Shown here in pieces: positions 24,945 to 38,560 of a stretch of DNA of 64,000 nt; the first letter of the stretch is position 1, and each line of letters begins with the position of its first letter. The stretch is from NCBI RefSeq assembly GCF_009914755.1, contig NC_060932.1. One strand, given 5' to 3'. The stretch is from the human T2T-CHM13v2.0 reference genome, Homo sapiens. Below the pieces are notes generated by a model that was given only the letters and a program-made list of their open reading frames with translations, was not told the DNA's origin and made no database searches. The translations under genes were made by a program, and so were the position numbers.

Positions 24945-25280
24945 TACTCACTCATTAATTCCTTCAGAAATCTTTATTGAGTACCTCTTCTATGCCAGGC
25001 ACTGCCAGTAGAAATAGAGAACAAAACAGTGTTCCTCCTCTTGTGAGATTTACATTCAAAGCAATGTCCCTGGCCCTTACTGACCACTTGCTCATGCCAA
25101 ATGCTTTACCTCTGTTCCCATTCATTCCTCACAACTAATTCCTGAATCCTATTGTTAGCCCCACTCTCTAGACAGCAAATTGGAGGCTCGGAATGACAAA
25201 GTAGCTTGCTGAAGGCAGAAGGTGGGATTTAAGCCACTGTGAGTCTGAAACAAAAGCCCCCATGCATGACACTGCACCAC
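24945..25280 (-). mobile_element. L2 3' end remnant followed by MIR remnant
   Basis: 'tttattgagtacctcttctatgccaggcactg' (L2); 'cattcctcacaac..aaattggaggctcgg' (MIR). Confidence 0.55.
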
Positions 25281-25375
25281 ATTGGCAGAGGGAGAGTTCT
25301 CTCATCCTTGAAGAAAAGCCCTGGATTCAAGAAACGCCTGAGTCATGGAGCATTTACCTTGTGCCAGGCATGTTT

Positions 25376-25660
<285 letters not shown>

Positions 25661-26018
25661 GAGCCAGGCACATTTCTAACAGCCTTCACCTAGAGTACTC
25701 TTATTTGACGTTCACATCAGCTAGGAGAAAAATGCTGAGCTATCTGAAAGGGACCTTTCTCTCTAAGATCTGAGAAGCTCTCTGTTACCAATGATCCTTA
25801 CACTATGGTGAGGGGCCTCAGGGTCGGGGAAGGAGTGTTAGACTAAAAGGGAAGATAAGTGAGAGGGAGGAATAAACTAAGGTTGAGGGGAGTGGTCACA
25901 GATGAAGTTCTTCAAGGCTGTTTTGCTGAACCCTGATGCAGACTACCGTGTAGCCTGTTTCTACTTTTCTTTGTGAGGGCCAATAAGTTAAATATCTTAA
26001 ATGTTAATACGAACAGAG

Positions 26019-26270
26019 GGACAGGATGTAGCACAGTGGTTGATCTCACAGACCTTGGACTGCCCAGTTCTAGATCCTAGCTCTCCCATTCTTGGCTGTG
26101 AGATACTGGGCCCGTGACTAACCTCTCTGAGCTTCAGTGGTCTCATCTATAAAATGATAATGATAAAAGTAGCATATTTTTGAAGCTTATTAAGAGGAAT
26201 TAATTAGGTAATAGACATAAGCACTAAAAATGGCAATAAGTATTGTGGCTGGAGCACAAGAAGTATCTTT
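26019..26270 (+). mobile_element. MIR SINE
   Basis: Core 'taacctctctgagcttcagt..ctcatctataaaatg'. Confidence 0.75.
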
Positions 26271-26454
26271 TTAGCTATAATTATTCAAGTCTAAAGTGTA
26301 TTGATCTTATGTGTAAGGCAAATATTGCTTTTATTTAAATTAACCTTAATTGTGTACTTTATAATTTGCTGTTTTTTCTTTACTTCCCCCTTTCCTGCTC
26401 ATCACTCAAGCTTCCTACTTGAGCTGAGCAGGATTAGCCCCTTGGCTTAGCATG

Positions 26455-26819
26455 TGTCTTGTTCTATTTGGGCTGCTATAACAAAAATACCATAAACTAG
26501 GTGGCTTACAAACAACAGAAATTTATTTCTCACAGTTTCAAATGCTGGGAAGTCCAAGATCAAGACACTGGCAGACTTGGTGTCTGGTGAGGGCCTGCTT
26601 ACTGGTTCATAAATGTCACCTTTTTGATGTGTGCTCACATAGTGGAGAGGGCAAGGGGGCTCTCTGGGGTGTACTTTAAGAGAGTACTAATCCTATTCAT
26701 GAGGGTTCTGCCCTTATGACCTAATCACCTCCCAGAGCCCCACCTCCTAATACCATCACCTTGGGGATTAGGTTTCAACATGTGTATCTTAGAGGCATAC
26801 AAATCTTTAGTTTATAGTA
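26455..26819 (-). mobile_element. MaLR LTR MLT1A0-like
   Basis: 'gggctgctataacaaaaataccataaactaggtggctta..atttatttctcacag', 'cccacctcctaataccatcac'; 5-bp TSD gcatg/gtatg. Confidence 0.85.
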
Positions 26820-27021
26820 GTATGCAAAACTGGACAATGTTGTCTATTTGGGGATGCACGACTCAGGGAGGCTGACTATCCTAAAAGCTGTTTGAATCCA
26901 TGAGCCAGCCAGGCCAATACCCATGAGAGAGTCTGCTGCCATTATAAAAGCAGCAAAAGTTCAGGTTAAACACCCTCCAGTCTCTTCCTGCAAAACCCAT
27001 GCATATAGGCACCTGTGCTTG

Positions 27022-27042
27022 CACACACACACACACACACAC
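27022..27042. repeat. (CA)~10 microsatellite
   Basis: Direct reading. Confidence 0.9.
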
Positions 27043-27076
27043 TCTAATATTAGGAAACATCTCTTATTTTACAGAG

Positions 27077-27245
27077 CAGTGATTTTCAGCTCTGGATACC
27101 CATTAGAATCATGTGGGGAGTTGTAATAGAATTTCAGTTGAATGAATCTATGAAACTAGAATTTTCTGAGTGTCAGGGTAGGTCTCTGTATTTTTTAAAA
27201 GCTCTCTAGGTGATTCTGATGTGCAGTCAAGGTTGAGACCCACTG
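27077..27245. mobile_element. MER5A1-like hAT-Charlie fossil
   Basis: 'cagtgattttca..cattagaatca' and 'aagctctctaggtgattctgatgtgcagtcaaggttgagacccactg'. Confidence 0.75.
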
Positions 27246-27404
27246 CTCTAAAGCAAATCCACTCCCCTTGTCCCTTCCTCCCACCCACCTCCCTGGCACA
27301 AGGAGAGTTTCACCTCCTAAGTATAAAGAACATTTTTGGAATTCACCTATTGTATTATTTAAGATATTATGGATGGCAAATAACAGAAATCCCAGTAGAA
27401 ACAG

Positions 27405-27545
27405 GATCACCTGGAAACTTGCCGGAAATACGAATCCTCAGGCCCTGTCCCAGACAACAGAATCTGAAACTGGGAATGGGGGAGGACAGGGAATTGCCTG
27501 AATAAATTATCTGGGTAACGCCAGCATGGGCTGAAGTTTGGTGTA
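27405..27545. mobile_element. MER5A-like fragment
   Basis: 'atcacctggaaacttg..gaaatacgaatcctcaggccc..cccagac..gaatctgaaactg'. Confidence 0.6.
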
Positions 27546-27746
27546 GACCAGTAGGGACCCATCCCTAGCAAGGAAGTTGGGATCACTTTCAGTCGAACCT
27601 TACCCATGCTACACAATGCAGGAGTGGGGGGCAAGGGTGGATGTTGGGGAGGTGGGCACAGTGCCCTCTATGCATGTATTTTGCTGAAGTAACATTGGAT
27701 GCTTAGATCCTAGTGCTCAAAGGAGCAGCCAGAGAAGGAGCCCTGA

Positions 27747-28070
<324 letters not shown>

Positions 28071-29289
28071 GAGGAAAGTTTTAGGATAGTGTTAAGGTAC
28101 AGTTTGCACAGGAGACCTCCAGTTAGCTACATGCAAGAGGTCTGTTTCTTATTTGGGAGGCCACGTTTGGGACTTTTGTGAATATGGAAAGTTTGTGGAT
28201 CTTTTTGAGTAAGAAACCAGGCTCAAAATAAAATCTTATGTAACTCCCCAAATCTCCAAACTAGTTTCCTTCCTTTGAGGGATTCATCTCCATAAAATAT
28301 TTTACTAAATAGAAACTGATCAGATCTGCATGTGGTGATGTGAGAAAGAGGTTGCCATAAAATGCTCCATAGTCTTCTTAATATATGGATATTCATAAAT
28401 CTAGAAACTTACTGAACAACTCCCACACCCCCAATTTCCATATTTGAATATCCTCTGCCTTGGACTTTTTGACCCAGCATCATGCAGTTACCTTGGCAAC
28501 TGTCTGACAATATCATTCTATCTGCTCTAGGAAAGGTGGGACTAGTTGGACAAACGGCAACAGTATTACTCATGCTTTATCTCAACATTTTGCATTAAAA
28601 TTAACCACATTTGAACATCTCTTTAACTCCTCATTGATGTTTGGAATTTTCTTCACTTTTCATCTGTTTCCTAGAATCTTTGGAAAATAATACATAAAAA
28701 CCATATAACCATATAAAATTTAGTAGAGGGTAAAATATGTTTTTTAAGCATATCTGAAGAAGATAGTAATTGTGTTAACACTTTTCAAAAACTCATTATT
28801 TATTAATCAAATGACAAACACCTTAACAGGCATATGAACATTTGACAGTTTGAACCTTCAAAAGGACATCACTTAAGAGGAAATTGTACCCATCCTTCTC
28901 CCTCAGTAATAATTGAGAAGTATTAGGAAATAAATGTTTATCTACCAGACAAGTTAAGCAAGAGTGTGTAATTTTGTGTTCCAATAGGTAAATGAGAATT
29001 TTCAGGGCATCGACACATTCTGAACACCCTTGCCTTGTGAGGACCTCGGAATTGGAGGATAATTGTTATTTCAATGTATGATATTCAGTGAGGTACAAAC
29101 AGGGAATGGATTTATGTTTCTCTTCACCATTGTTGTCAGCCATTCTCTATCAACTCTTTCTCCTTTCTCTTGCCATAGTGAAGTCTCAGAAAGAACCCGT
29201 AGCTTTTTGTAACATTTGGTTACTTAAAAGACAGACTCTGTATCAAAAAAAAAAAAAAAAGAAAGAAAAAGAAAAAGAAAAAAAAAAGT

Positions 29290-30090
29290 CCACGTCAGTC
29301 AGATCTAGTTTAAGATTTCAAACTGCTTCTGGCTTAATTCCCTACTCCTAGAACCAGACTCCTTCCCATTCTGCCTCCAGAGCCATGTCTCTGGGCTGGT
29401 GCCCCCTGGCCTCTCACTGCCAGGTCTCCTCTCCTGCAGCCTGCCCTCCTGGCTGGGAAAAGGGCCTGTGACAGGCACAGTGTCCGTGGAGCCCAAGGAG
29501 ACAAGCGTACATCCTTGATGCATGGGCTTTGGGTTGCCACACACTCCATTCTCTGCCTGGTGGGTGAATCAGCACGTGGGCTGCATGAGGCTGCCCCAGG
29601 CTGACCTCATCCCGGGGAATGGGAACCCAGCCTCTTGTCTCCGCACATCCAGTGTTTGGCTTGGTTTTCTTGGAGACTCGCTCTCTCTCTCTTTCTTTTG
29701 GTGAGGAGTCCCTCAAAGAGAGAGGAAATGATTGGATGGTGAGTCTTTGCCCTGGAGGAAGTGATACTCTTTTCTTCTTTCCCTGCCCTACTTGGGAAGG
29801 GATGATGGGAGGGGCTGAGGTGGCAGTGGCAAGGGTAGGAGGGTAGGGGGGCCAGCTTCCTGGTAAATCCTGGAGGCCCACCACAGACCACCGGCGTTAG
29901 GGGGTACCAGCCCAGGGGCAGAAGTCTGCTGTGGCCAGGGGGTAGAGAATGAGGGTGGACTGGATCTTGTCCTTGGCTTGGCTGGACTGTGTGCGTGCGT
30001 ATTCATGTGAGAGAAACAGCCTGGTTCGACCAGTGCCTGACGTCACTTGTTCTGCTGTGTCAGCATGGCACAGGAGGCTGTATCCCCTTG
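29290..30090. promoter_or_regulatory. Candidate enhancer/promoter-like region
   Basis: GC-elevated unique DNA with full CRE TGACGTCA (30038-30045), near-perfect MARE TGCTGTGTCAGCA (30053-30065), E-box CACGTG (29573), inverted CCAAT (29731) and ETS GAGGAAGT (29755). Motifs only; no activity data. Confidence 0.4.
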
Positions 30091-30289
30091 ATACATTTCT
30101 CATGAATCACAATAGCTTACATTTCCGGAGTGCTTTTTATATGCCAGATTCTGTGACAGAAGTTCAGGGTACACAACACAGAAAGACACGTCCTTTTTCT
30201 CATGTTGAGGACAACTAGAAGTGCATATATCCGGTCACAATGAGCCAGGGAGATCCAATCAAGATGAGGCACATATTGAGACTTTCTGG

Positions 30290-30480
30290 GCTTTCTACAC
30301 GCTATCCCGTTGCACCCTCAGGTCCACCCTAGGAGATGAGGGAATTGGATTATCCAATTTTCATATGAGAAACCTGAAGCTTAGGTGTGTGCATAACTTG
30401 CCCAAGATCACGCAGGCGGACAATGGCAGACCCCAGGTTCAGTCCCCAGCCACTGGTGTTGAAGTTAACCACTATCCTTT
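30290..30480 (-). mobile_element. MIR remnant
   Basis: 'ccaattttcatatgagaaacctgaagcttag..aacttgcccaagatcac'. Confidence 0.7.
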
Positions 30481-32469
30481 GTGTGGCACTAAGTCTTTCC
30501 CAGCCTAGCAGATATGGATCTCCGCAGAAAAATGGGGATGCTCAGAGCTCACAGGCCTCAGCATAACTGGTGTAATTATGCTGGTTTTCACAGTTAGGTC
30601 TTTAAAAAAAATAGAATGGACAGAATGGCTGCTATGGTTAGCTTCTACCCTGCATCTCTACGGAGCAGGCTGTCTTCTTTGTATGGGACATACAGTTCTA
30701 GGCAACTTTGGAATGATCATTGTCATCCCAAACAAAGTGAGATGAGTGATGCTTTTTCTGACTGGTCTAACTGCAGCTCACAGACGAACCTAGTAGCCAC
30801 TTAAATAGGCAGTCTAGGGAACTGGGCATAGCTGAAGGCACTAAGAATTTGTGGAGAGAGCATCTCAATGACTCTGCTTTCCTTTAAGCAATTGCTGGTT
30901 AGATTGTGGAGTAAAGACTTCAAAGGTCAAAACACAAGCATGTGAGCAGAACACAAAACTGTCCTAGCTGCCTGAGGAGCTGTGATTGTCCCAAAAGTGA
31001 CCAGAGAAAGTACCCATGCCTGAGGGTGATTCCACTGCAATGCTCTGGCAAATTGCAGAGGACTCCAGTGAGCTACATGGAAATGCTTTAAAAAAAGTGG
31101 TTTCAGGAGGCAAGAATTTCAAATCACAGATGCACTTACCTAGTACTGTGCTATTATCAATAACTACAAATAACTACAATTAAAGCTCAAGAAAATGGAA
31201 CTTGAGAGGTCACATTTTGTAGAATAGTTTTTTGTTTTATTCAAATTTAGCCCAACTTGCCACTTCATTTTCTTAAAGCTTCTGAACATGTCTTTCAACT
31301 AAAACAATTAAACATTTTGAAGGCAAGATTGTCTAGAAAGTAGAGACTAGTAGGGGAAAGGAGAGTTTTCTGTTTGTCTGTACACAATCCTTTTCCTTGC
31401 CTGATATATCAAGGAAGGAAGTCTGCATTTGTAAGGAGGGTGGAACTCACAAACATCAGGTGATTTGAGTGGAAGGTTAATATATGAATGCCTTGTTCCC
31501 CAGCACACCCTCTGTTCTGAGGTTAAGACAGAATGTACAAGCCACTTCTTGTTGCTAGAGATAGAGATCATTAGGGCCAAGATCATTTGAGACTTTACTT
31601 CTGTGTTATTAGTCCTCATCTCCAAGCTGGGAGCCCTGTGGACAAGAGCAGTGTAACATCTGGCACATGGTTAGATGACCTGACACTACTGGGCTGTCAG
31701 GTTTCAGACCCATGAAATTGGAGGCTGGGGTCCAATCTGTTGAGAGTTGCTATTGCTGTGAGGGTCCTTTGTGATCCTCCTGGACTGCTTTCCACCCTTG
31801 GTGAGAAAGCAAAGTCTGCCAGTAATGAGTTGGCTGTGCCATAGATTCTGAGGCGAGCTTCCTTCCATTCATCTTGGCTGTGCTGATTTGATGCTAAAAT
31901 GAGGCAAGACACTGCCAGGGCCAAGGGTAGAGAAAGAACAGTGCATTGGCTAAGGGCATGAGATATGGGCACAACACCTGAAGCCAGAGGAGTGAATGAG
32001 AGCCACAAAGGGTATGAGACCGATATTTACACAGTGGCTCAGAGAGGCAGTAGATGTGATGACAGTGCCAATTAAAGATGAACGTGTTCAGCTCGTACAT
32101 CATGGGGTCCGGAGTGAAACCTACCTGCTAGATGTTAATTTCCAGTAGCAGCAGGCCCTGAAAAGGACTCCTTCCAAGATGAAGCCTGCAGTGGGGCATG
32201 CTGACATTTCTGAGACAGTCTGTTGCTCGCTTGCTCAGACGTCCCCCTGGGACCCAGAAGTCTAACCAACAACAGAGCTCTGGAGTTGAGAGTAAAATTT
32301 TACAAATGCAGCAGCAGCAGCACTGTTCCTGGGTGGGCAGCCTTTTTCTTTTTGTGAAAGCCCATCTCTCCTCCCCATGCTCAACACCTGCTAGGCTCTT
32401 TAATAGCTCCCCAGGGCCTAGATTCAGCTGGGCTTCATTTACACAAACAAGAAGGATTACATGTTTCTA

Positions 32470-32572
32470 AATGGAAAAGACTGTAGAGATCATGGAGTTC
32501 ACCGACCTCATTTTACAAATGAGGAAATTATGGTCAAGAGAGCTGAGTCGCTTCCCCAGGTCACAGAGCTGG
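32470..32572 (-). mobile_element. MIR remnant
   Basis: 'ctcattttacaaatgaggaaatt..ccccaggtcacagagctgg'. Confidence 0.65.
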
Positions 32573-33036
32573 CGCAGGGAATTAGCTCCAATGGAAGAGC
32601 TGCACTTGGGATGCGAGAGGTCAGGGAGCCAACATCTGCACCTCTGACTGCCTACAATGCTGGTGGATGGCAGAATAGAGTGCAATTCATTAAGGAACAA
32701 AGTTGTGTTATTAATATGGCTTCATAAACAATTTGGCTCAGAAACACTTAAATCCTGTCTTCAAGATAAATCGATTGATTCTTTATGTGACGTCCCAAAG
32801 AGAAATATAACCAGGGGAGGATGATCAGTAAGACAAAGGGGGATTTTTAAAATTAGCTGGACCTTTATTATTAAACCCAAGAGAAGTCCAGTGAACTAAA
32901 GTCAAACCACAGGATGACTCCTATTTTCAGCATAGCTGGCCAAGGTAGCAAGCTACTGGTCACTGTGATAGAGTCCATTTCAAGAAGGTTGTTGGTAGTG
33001 CCTGTAAGGGCAAAATAGGAAAAGAAAAAAAAAGGA

Positions 33037-33195
33037 GGCCAGGCATGGTGGTACGTACCTGTAGTCCCAGCTACCCAGGAGGCTGAGGCAGGAGGATCCC
33101 ATGAGCCCAGGAGTTTGAGGTGGCAGTGAGCTATGATTGCACCATTGCACCCCAGCCAAGGTGATAGAGCAAGACTGGAAAAAGAGGAAAAATAA
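33037..33195 (+). mobile_element. Free right Alu monomer (FRAM/FAM-like)
   Basis: Single monomer 'ggccaggcatggtggtac..gagctatgattgcaccattgcac' with purine-rich tail. Confidence 0.8.
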
Positions 33196-33974
33196 GAGGA
33201 GGAAGTTCATGAAGAAAAGTTCTTCTCTACTTTGAGAATCTTGAAGCCATTGAGCTGAAAGGGACCTCAGAGGTTGTTTCTCCAAACTTCCTCAATTACT
33301 AACCTAAGAGCTGAGCATATTGCGGTCTAGAGAGGTAAAGTGAATTATCCTCCAAGTTTGACAAAAATTCTAGGACCTTGGGATAGGTCATGGCACAGCA
33401 CACTCTCCAGAAGGCAGGGGTTTGATGGGATGCTACAGAGGCTGGAGAGGTGTGAGGAGGGCCCACAGATAAGCAAAGGCCTGTGTACTACCTATGAATC
33501 TGCAACATGTGGAGATGGTCAGACCAAGAAAGGTTGGGGCCTTTTGTTTTCTCCAAATCCACGGGGGTTCAGAGACACAGGGAGCCCAGAGGATGTGTGG
33601 TGGGCTTTCTGCTGCCTTAGGGTCATGTAAGCCACAATGTTGTATCCATCCAGGTGCTCCCATAAGAGGAGACTGGGAGAGGGCAGAACTGTGAATACTG
33701 AGGCATCCAAGCCGAGGCTGAATTAGCTAAAGAGACAGTTTAATTACTGGTTTGGTCTGAGAGTCTGATTTGGTCTAAGAAGGCCTAATTTGTAGAGTTC
33801 CTCCTACCCTGCCCCACACCTCTTCCTGACACAGCAGGGGGTCCTATAGAAGATCTACTTTCTTATTTAAGAAATAAAGAAGCTATGAGATCATTTGAGA
33901 CTATGCTGTAAATATTTTAAAAAGAGAAACAAAAATTACCTATAATTCTAACACTCAGGACCTTCGGCTGCAGT

Positions 33975-34165
33975 TTTTGTTCCTTCCTTCCTTTCCTCCC
34001 TCTAGCCTTCCTTCTGTCCATTTTTCCTCTTCCTTCCCTTTTCCTTGCCTCCCCTTCCCTCTCTTTCCCTCCCCTGCTTACTACCCTCCACTGTTCTCCT
34101 TTCTTTCTTCTGACTGTCCCTCTCCTCCCCTCCTGCCTTCCTTCCCTCCTTTTCTTTTTCCCCCA
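33975..34165. repeat. CT-rich low-complexity tract
   Basis: (CCTT)/(CTT)-like degenerate repeats. Confidence 0.88.
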
Positions 34166-34419
34166 CAAAGAGATAAGTTATTAGAAGGCTGTGGTGCGAC
34201 TCCTGAAGCAAAGAGGATGGCTGTTCTGGGCCTGAGCTGCTGGTAAACCAGGGAATCTCTGCTTCCCTTGGCGAATGGCTTCATTCTGTTCTCCAGATGG
34301 ATAGATTTTCTCTGCTTCTCAATTCAAGTGACAGGTAGAGGGCCCACCCACACTTGCAAGCTCTTTCTGCTTCCAACAATTACACTCTGCCAATTGGCAT
34401 CATACCACTCTTGGTTTGA

Positions 34420-34900
34420 ACAAAATTTTTTTATACTTTACTTAATATTTTACTGTGTGCAATTTTTCGTGCTATTAAATATTCTTTAAGAAGATTCCAT
34501 CAAATGAAGATAATTTATTTAATCAATCTGCTATTGGAGCTATTGAGGTAGTTTCTAATTTTTCACTCTAATGGATATCTTTAAACATCAATCTTGGTCC
34601 ATACCCAGGACTATTTCTGTAAAGTAAACTCCTACATGCTGAGAAGGAAAATTCTCTTGTTTAAAGATACATATGTGTTAGTGGTCTTGATACATTCTGC
34701 CAAGTTTCTTTCAGGAAGAAGCAAACCAATTCACACTCCAGCACTTCCAGCAGATATAACAGTGTCCATCTCTGCCACTTCAGCATTTTACCTTTGCCAC
34801 TTGGACAGTTGAAAAATGGTATCTAATTTTTGTTTCAAAACAAAAAACTATACCTTTTTAAATAACTCCTTAAATAGCATGCTATTAACTGCTTTGTTTA
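34420..34900 (-). mobile_element. Old L1ME-like remnant
   Basis: 'aatttatttaatcaatct', 'gtcttgatacattctgccaag', 'accaattcacactccagc', 'aaaaatggtatct'. Confidence 0.55.
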
Positions 34901-35187
34901 ATTTTTTTGTTTAATTTGTTTAATCCCCTCTGTAATTTTATTTGTTACCATTTTACACAAATGTACTATTGCCCCCTAGGGTTGTACATTGTAGAATCTA
35001 TACAACTGGACATATCAACCCTGCAGAGACATTGCTTAACGTTGGTGGAATCACATGTAGAATTTCTGCATATTTCTTTTGTGATTTCTTTTATTGTTGT
35101 TGTGCTTAGAAAGCCACGCCTTATCTGGAGATCAATTATGTTCTAATATAGGTATTTTTTTTAGTCTTTTAATATATTATTTTTTTA

Positions 35188-35489
<302 letters not shown>

Positions 35490-35889
35490 TCAATACAAAA
35501 ACTCATTTTTGAAAGTGCTTCCTCTGAGCCAGTTTTTATGATAAGCTTTCACGCAATATGTATTTTTTAACATGTATACCAGTCCTGTGAGATTGAGACC
35601 CTTGTTATCTCCTTGTTTGGAAAATAAAGGCCGTGAGACTCAGAGGGGTGGGTACCATGCCCTGGGTACAAACCCAGGAGGCTGCAGAGCCATAGACTTA
35701 GTTCACACCCCTTCCGTCAAGCACAGTGCTTTTCCCCAGTAAGCCACTAGACGAACTCACTTCTTATACAACTGGGATTTGTTTTTAATGTAGCCAAGTC
35801 TTTCCACCATACAGGGAAAATCCATTTTCAGTAGAAGAAAACAAGATCAATAAACAATGAGAGGTAGAGATGAGATTACATTGGAGAGG

Positions 35890-36350
35890 TTATAGCGCTG
35901 CTTTTTTTCTGCTTAAACTCTCCACAACTTCCCACCACCATTAGAATAAAAGCAAACTCCCTGCATGCATCACTAGACCTGGTCTTTTCTTCTCTCACCT
36001 CCGTTCTCCCCCGTGCTCTCTGTGCTCAACTCTCATTGACCATTTTCCTGTTTCTTCAACAGGCGGAGTTCATTCCTGACTTAGGGCCTCATCTAGTGTC
36101 AGTGCCTGGACTTCCCTTCACACATAACTTCCCAGGGCTTCCTCCTTCCTGTGACTCCACAATAGCCCTCTGCCCAGCAATTGGTCACCCTCTGTACATC
36201 ACTTTGAGTCCATTTTGTCAAACAATTTCTATGTGAAACACGCTGATTTATTTGTACATGTCTATTTGTTTAGCCACAAAAATTTATGCTGCAGTAAAGG
36301 CAAGATCTTTGTCTATTTTATTCACAATTGTGCTCCCAGTGCCTACATTC
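35890..36350 (+). mobile_element. L2 3' remnant
   Basis: 'ctgcttaaactctcc..cattagaataaaa', 'gcaagatctttgtctattttattcac..cccagtgcct'. Confidence 0.6.
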
Positions 36351-36659
36351 ACCTTAATTGGCTACTTTGCTAGTTTCACATATTGATTCCAATGGTAAAT
36401 GTGTTGTTGGTTTGTTTTTGATTTGTGTGCACTGTAGTATGTTATCTGCAAATACTAACACTTTTATTATTATTTTTTTCACCTGTATGCTCCCACCCCC
36501 ATCTTACTGCACTGGCTAAAATCTACAGTGCAACATTAAATAGAAGTGGCAATAGTGGGCTTTTTTGCCTTTGCCTTGATCTCACGGGTAAAACTCTCAG
36601 AATTCTAAAATGAATGATGTTTGCTGTAGGTTTTTTTTTTTTTTTTTAAAATAGAGAAC

Positions 36660-36929
36660 TATCTTCATCCATACAAGCTGCTATAACAAACTACCATAGA
36701 CTGGGTGGCTCATAAACAGAAATTTATTTCTCACAGTTCTGGAGGCTGGGAAGTCTAAGATCAAGACACTGGCAGATTTGGTGTCTTGTGAGGGCTGCTT
36801 CCTTGTTCACAGACAGTCATCCTTACATGGCAGTCACCTAGCAAAAGCCCCACTTTCTGTCACCATCACATTGGGTGTCAGGATTTACCATATGCATTTT
36901 GGAGGTATACAAACATTTAGTCTATAGCA
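36660..36929 (-). mobile_element. MaLR LTR MLT1A-like (internally deleted)
   Basis: 'gctgctataacaaactaccatagactgggtggct..cacagttctggaggctgggaag', end 'aaacatttagtctatagca'. Confidence 0.82.
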
Positions 36930-38243
36930 ATATCCTTTATCAGATTTAAAGACATCTTCAATTCATAGTTTATTATGAATTCTTATGAATGAATTTGAAT
37001 TGTAGCCAATGCTTTTTCTGCATCAATTAAGGTGATTATTTGATGTTTTTAATTCACGAGATGAATTAGATAGATTTTCAAATTTTCAACCATCCTTGCA
37101 TTTCTGAGATAAGTCAAGTTTGTCATAATATATTATCTTTACTAAATGCTGTTGAATTCAGTTTGCTAACTTTTTTTAATGATTGCTTTGGGGAGAATAT
37201 ATATTCCAATATATAATCTTAACTTTTCACAGTTCACTTAGGGTTAAAGATTGTACCACTTCATGTAAAAAGTATAAAAATTAAAAAAATGCAAAATACA
37301 AAGATAAAAGTAGGCTTACAGGTTTATTTACCTTCTCTCCACCATTTTTTATGGTATAATTTTCATTTGTACTACATCCACATACATTGGGAACCTTGCA
37401 AGACTGTGTTGAAATTTTTGCTTTAAAATGAGCGTATATCATACGAAAGAGGAAAACCAACATTTATGATTATGCAAATATTTACCATTTCCGAGTCCTT
37501 TTATTTCTAAGATCTGAGTTTCCTTTGGGAATTATTTCAGTTCTTCCAGAAGAAATTTCTTTCACATTTCTTGTAGTGCATCTGCTGGTGATGACTCCTT
37601 TTAGTCTGATTTAGTTGGCCTTCATTCCTGAAGGATATTTTCACTGGGTATAGATTTCTGGCTTCACAGTTGTTGTTTCATTTCTCCAGTGCTTTAAACG
37701 TATTTTTACAGTCTCTGTGGTCTCTATTTTTTCTAAACGTGCAGTCATTGTTGAATTGTTATTTCCCTGTATGTAATACTTTTTTTTTTGTTCTGGCTTC
37801 TTTAAAGATTTTCTACCCATCTTGAGTTTTTAGCAGTTTAGCTATGATATGATCAGGCATGGTTTTCTTCAAATATAATCTTGTCTAAGGCTTGCTGAGC
37901 TTCTTGAATCTGTAAATTTGTATGTTTCATTAAATTTTAGATATTTTCAGTTATTATTTCTTCAAATTTCTTCTGGCCCCATTCTTTCTCTCTGCTCATT
38001 TTGAGACTTCAGTTATTCATGGTAGATTTTAAAAATTACTCCACATATTTCTGAGTCTCTGTGTATTTTTCCAATCTTTTTTCTCCTTCATTTTCAGATT
38101 GAATTGTTTCTGTACATTTACCTTCACGTTCTCTGATTCTTGTTTCATCTCTTTCCTGCTCTTTGAATATCTCATGGATTTTAAATTTTCAGGTATTCTC
38201 CTTTTTACTTTTAGAATTTCCATGTTTAAAATATATTTTCTAA

Positions 38244-38560
38244 GGCCAGGCATGGTGGCTGATGCTTGTAATCCTAGCACTCTGGAAGGCCGAGGCGGGA
38301 GGATCACTTGATCCCAGAAGTTCAAGACCAGCCAGGGCAACATGGCAAAACCTCATCTCTACAAAAAATAAAAAATTAACCAGACATGGTGACACATGCC
38401 TGTAGTCCCAGATACTCATTCTGGCTGAGGCAGGAGGATTGCTTGAGCCTGGGGCATTGAGTGAGCTGCAGTGAGCTGTGATTATGTCTTTGAACTCCAG
38501 CCTGGGCAGCAGAGCAGGACCCTGCCTCAAAAAAAAAAATAGATAAAAATAAAACAAAAT
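38244..38560 (+). mobile_element. AluJ
   Basis: J-type dimer; TSD aaaatatattttcta / aaaatgtattttcta. Confidence 0.92.

Noticed and set aside
29305-30218. Cluster of overlapping ORFs
   Set aside because: Explained by locally higher GC content (fewer stops); no protein similarity that I recognise.
32198-32470. ORF with short poly-Q (CAG)4
   Set aside because: Too short and has no exon context; chance occurrence.
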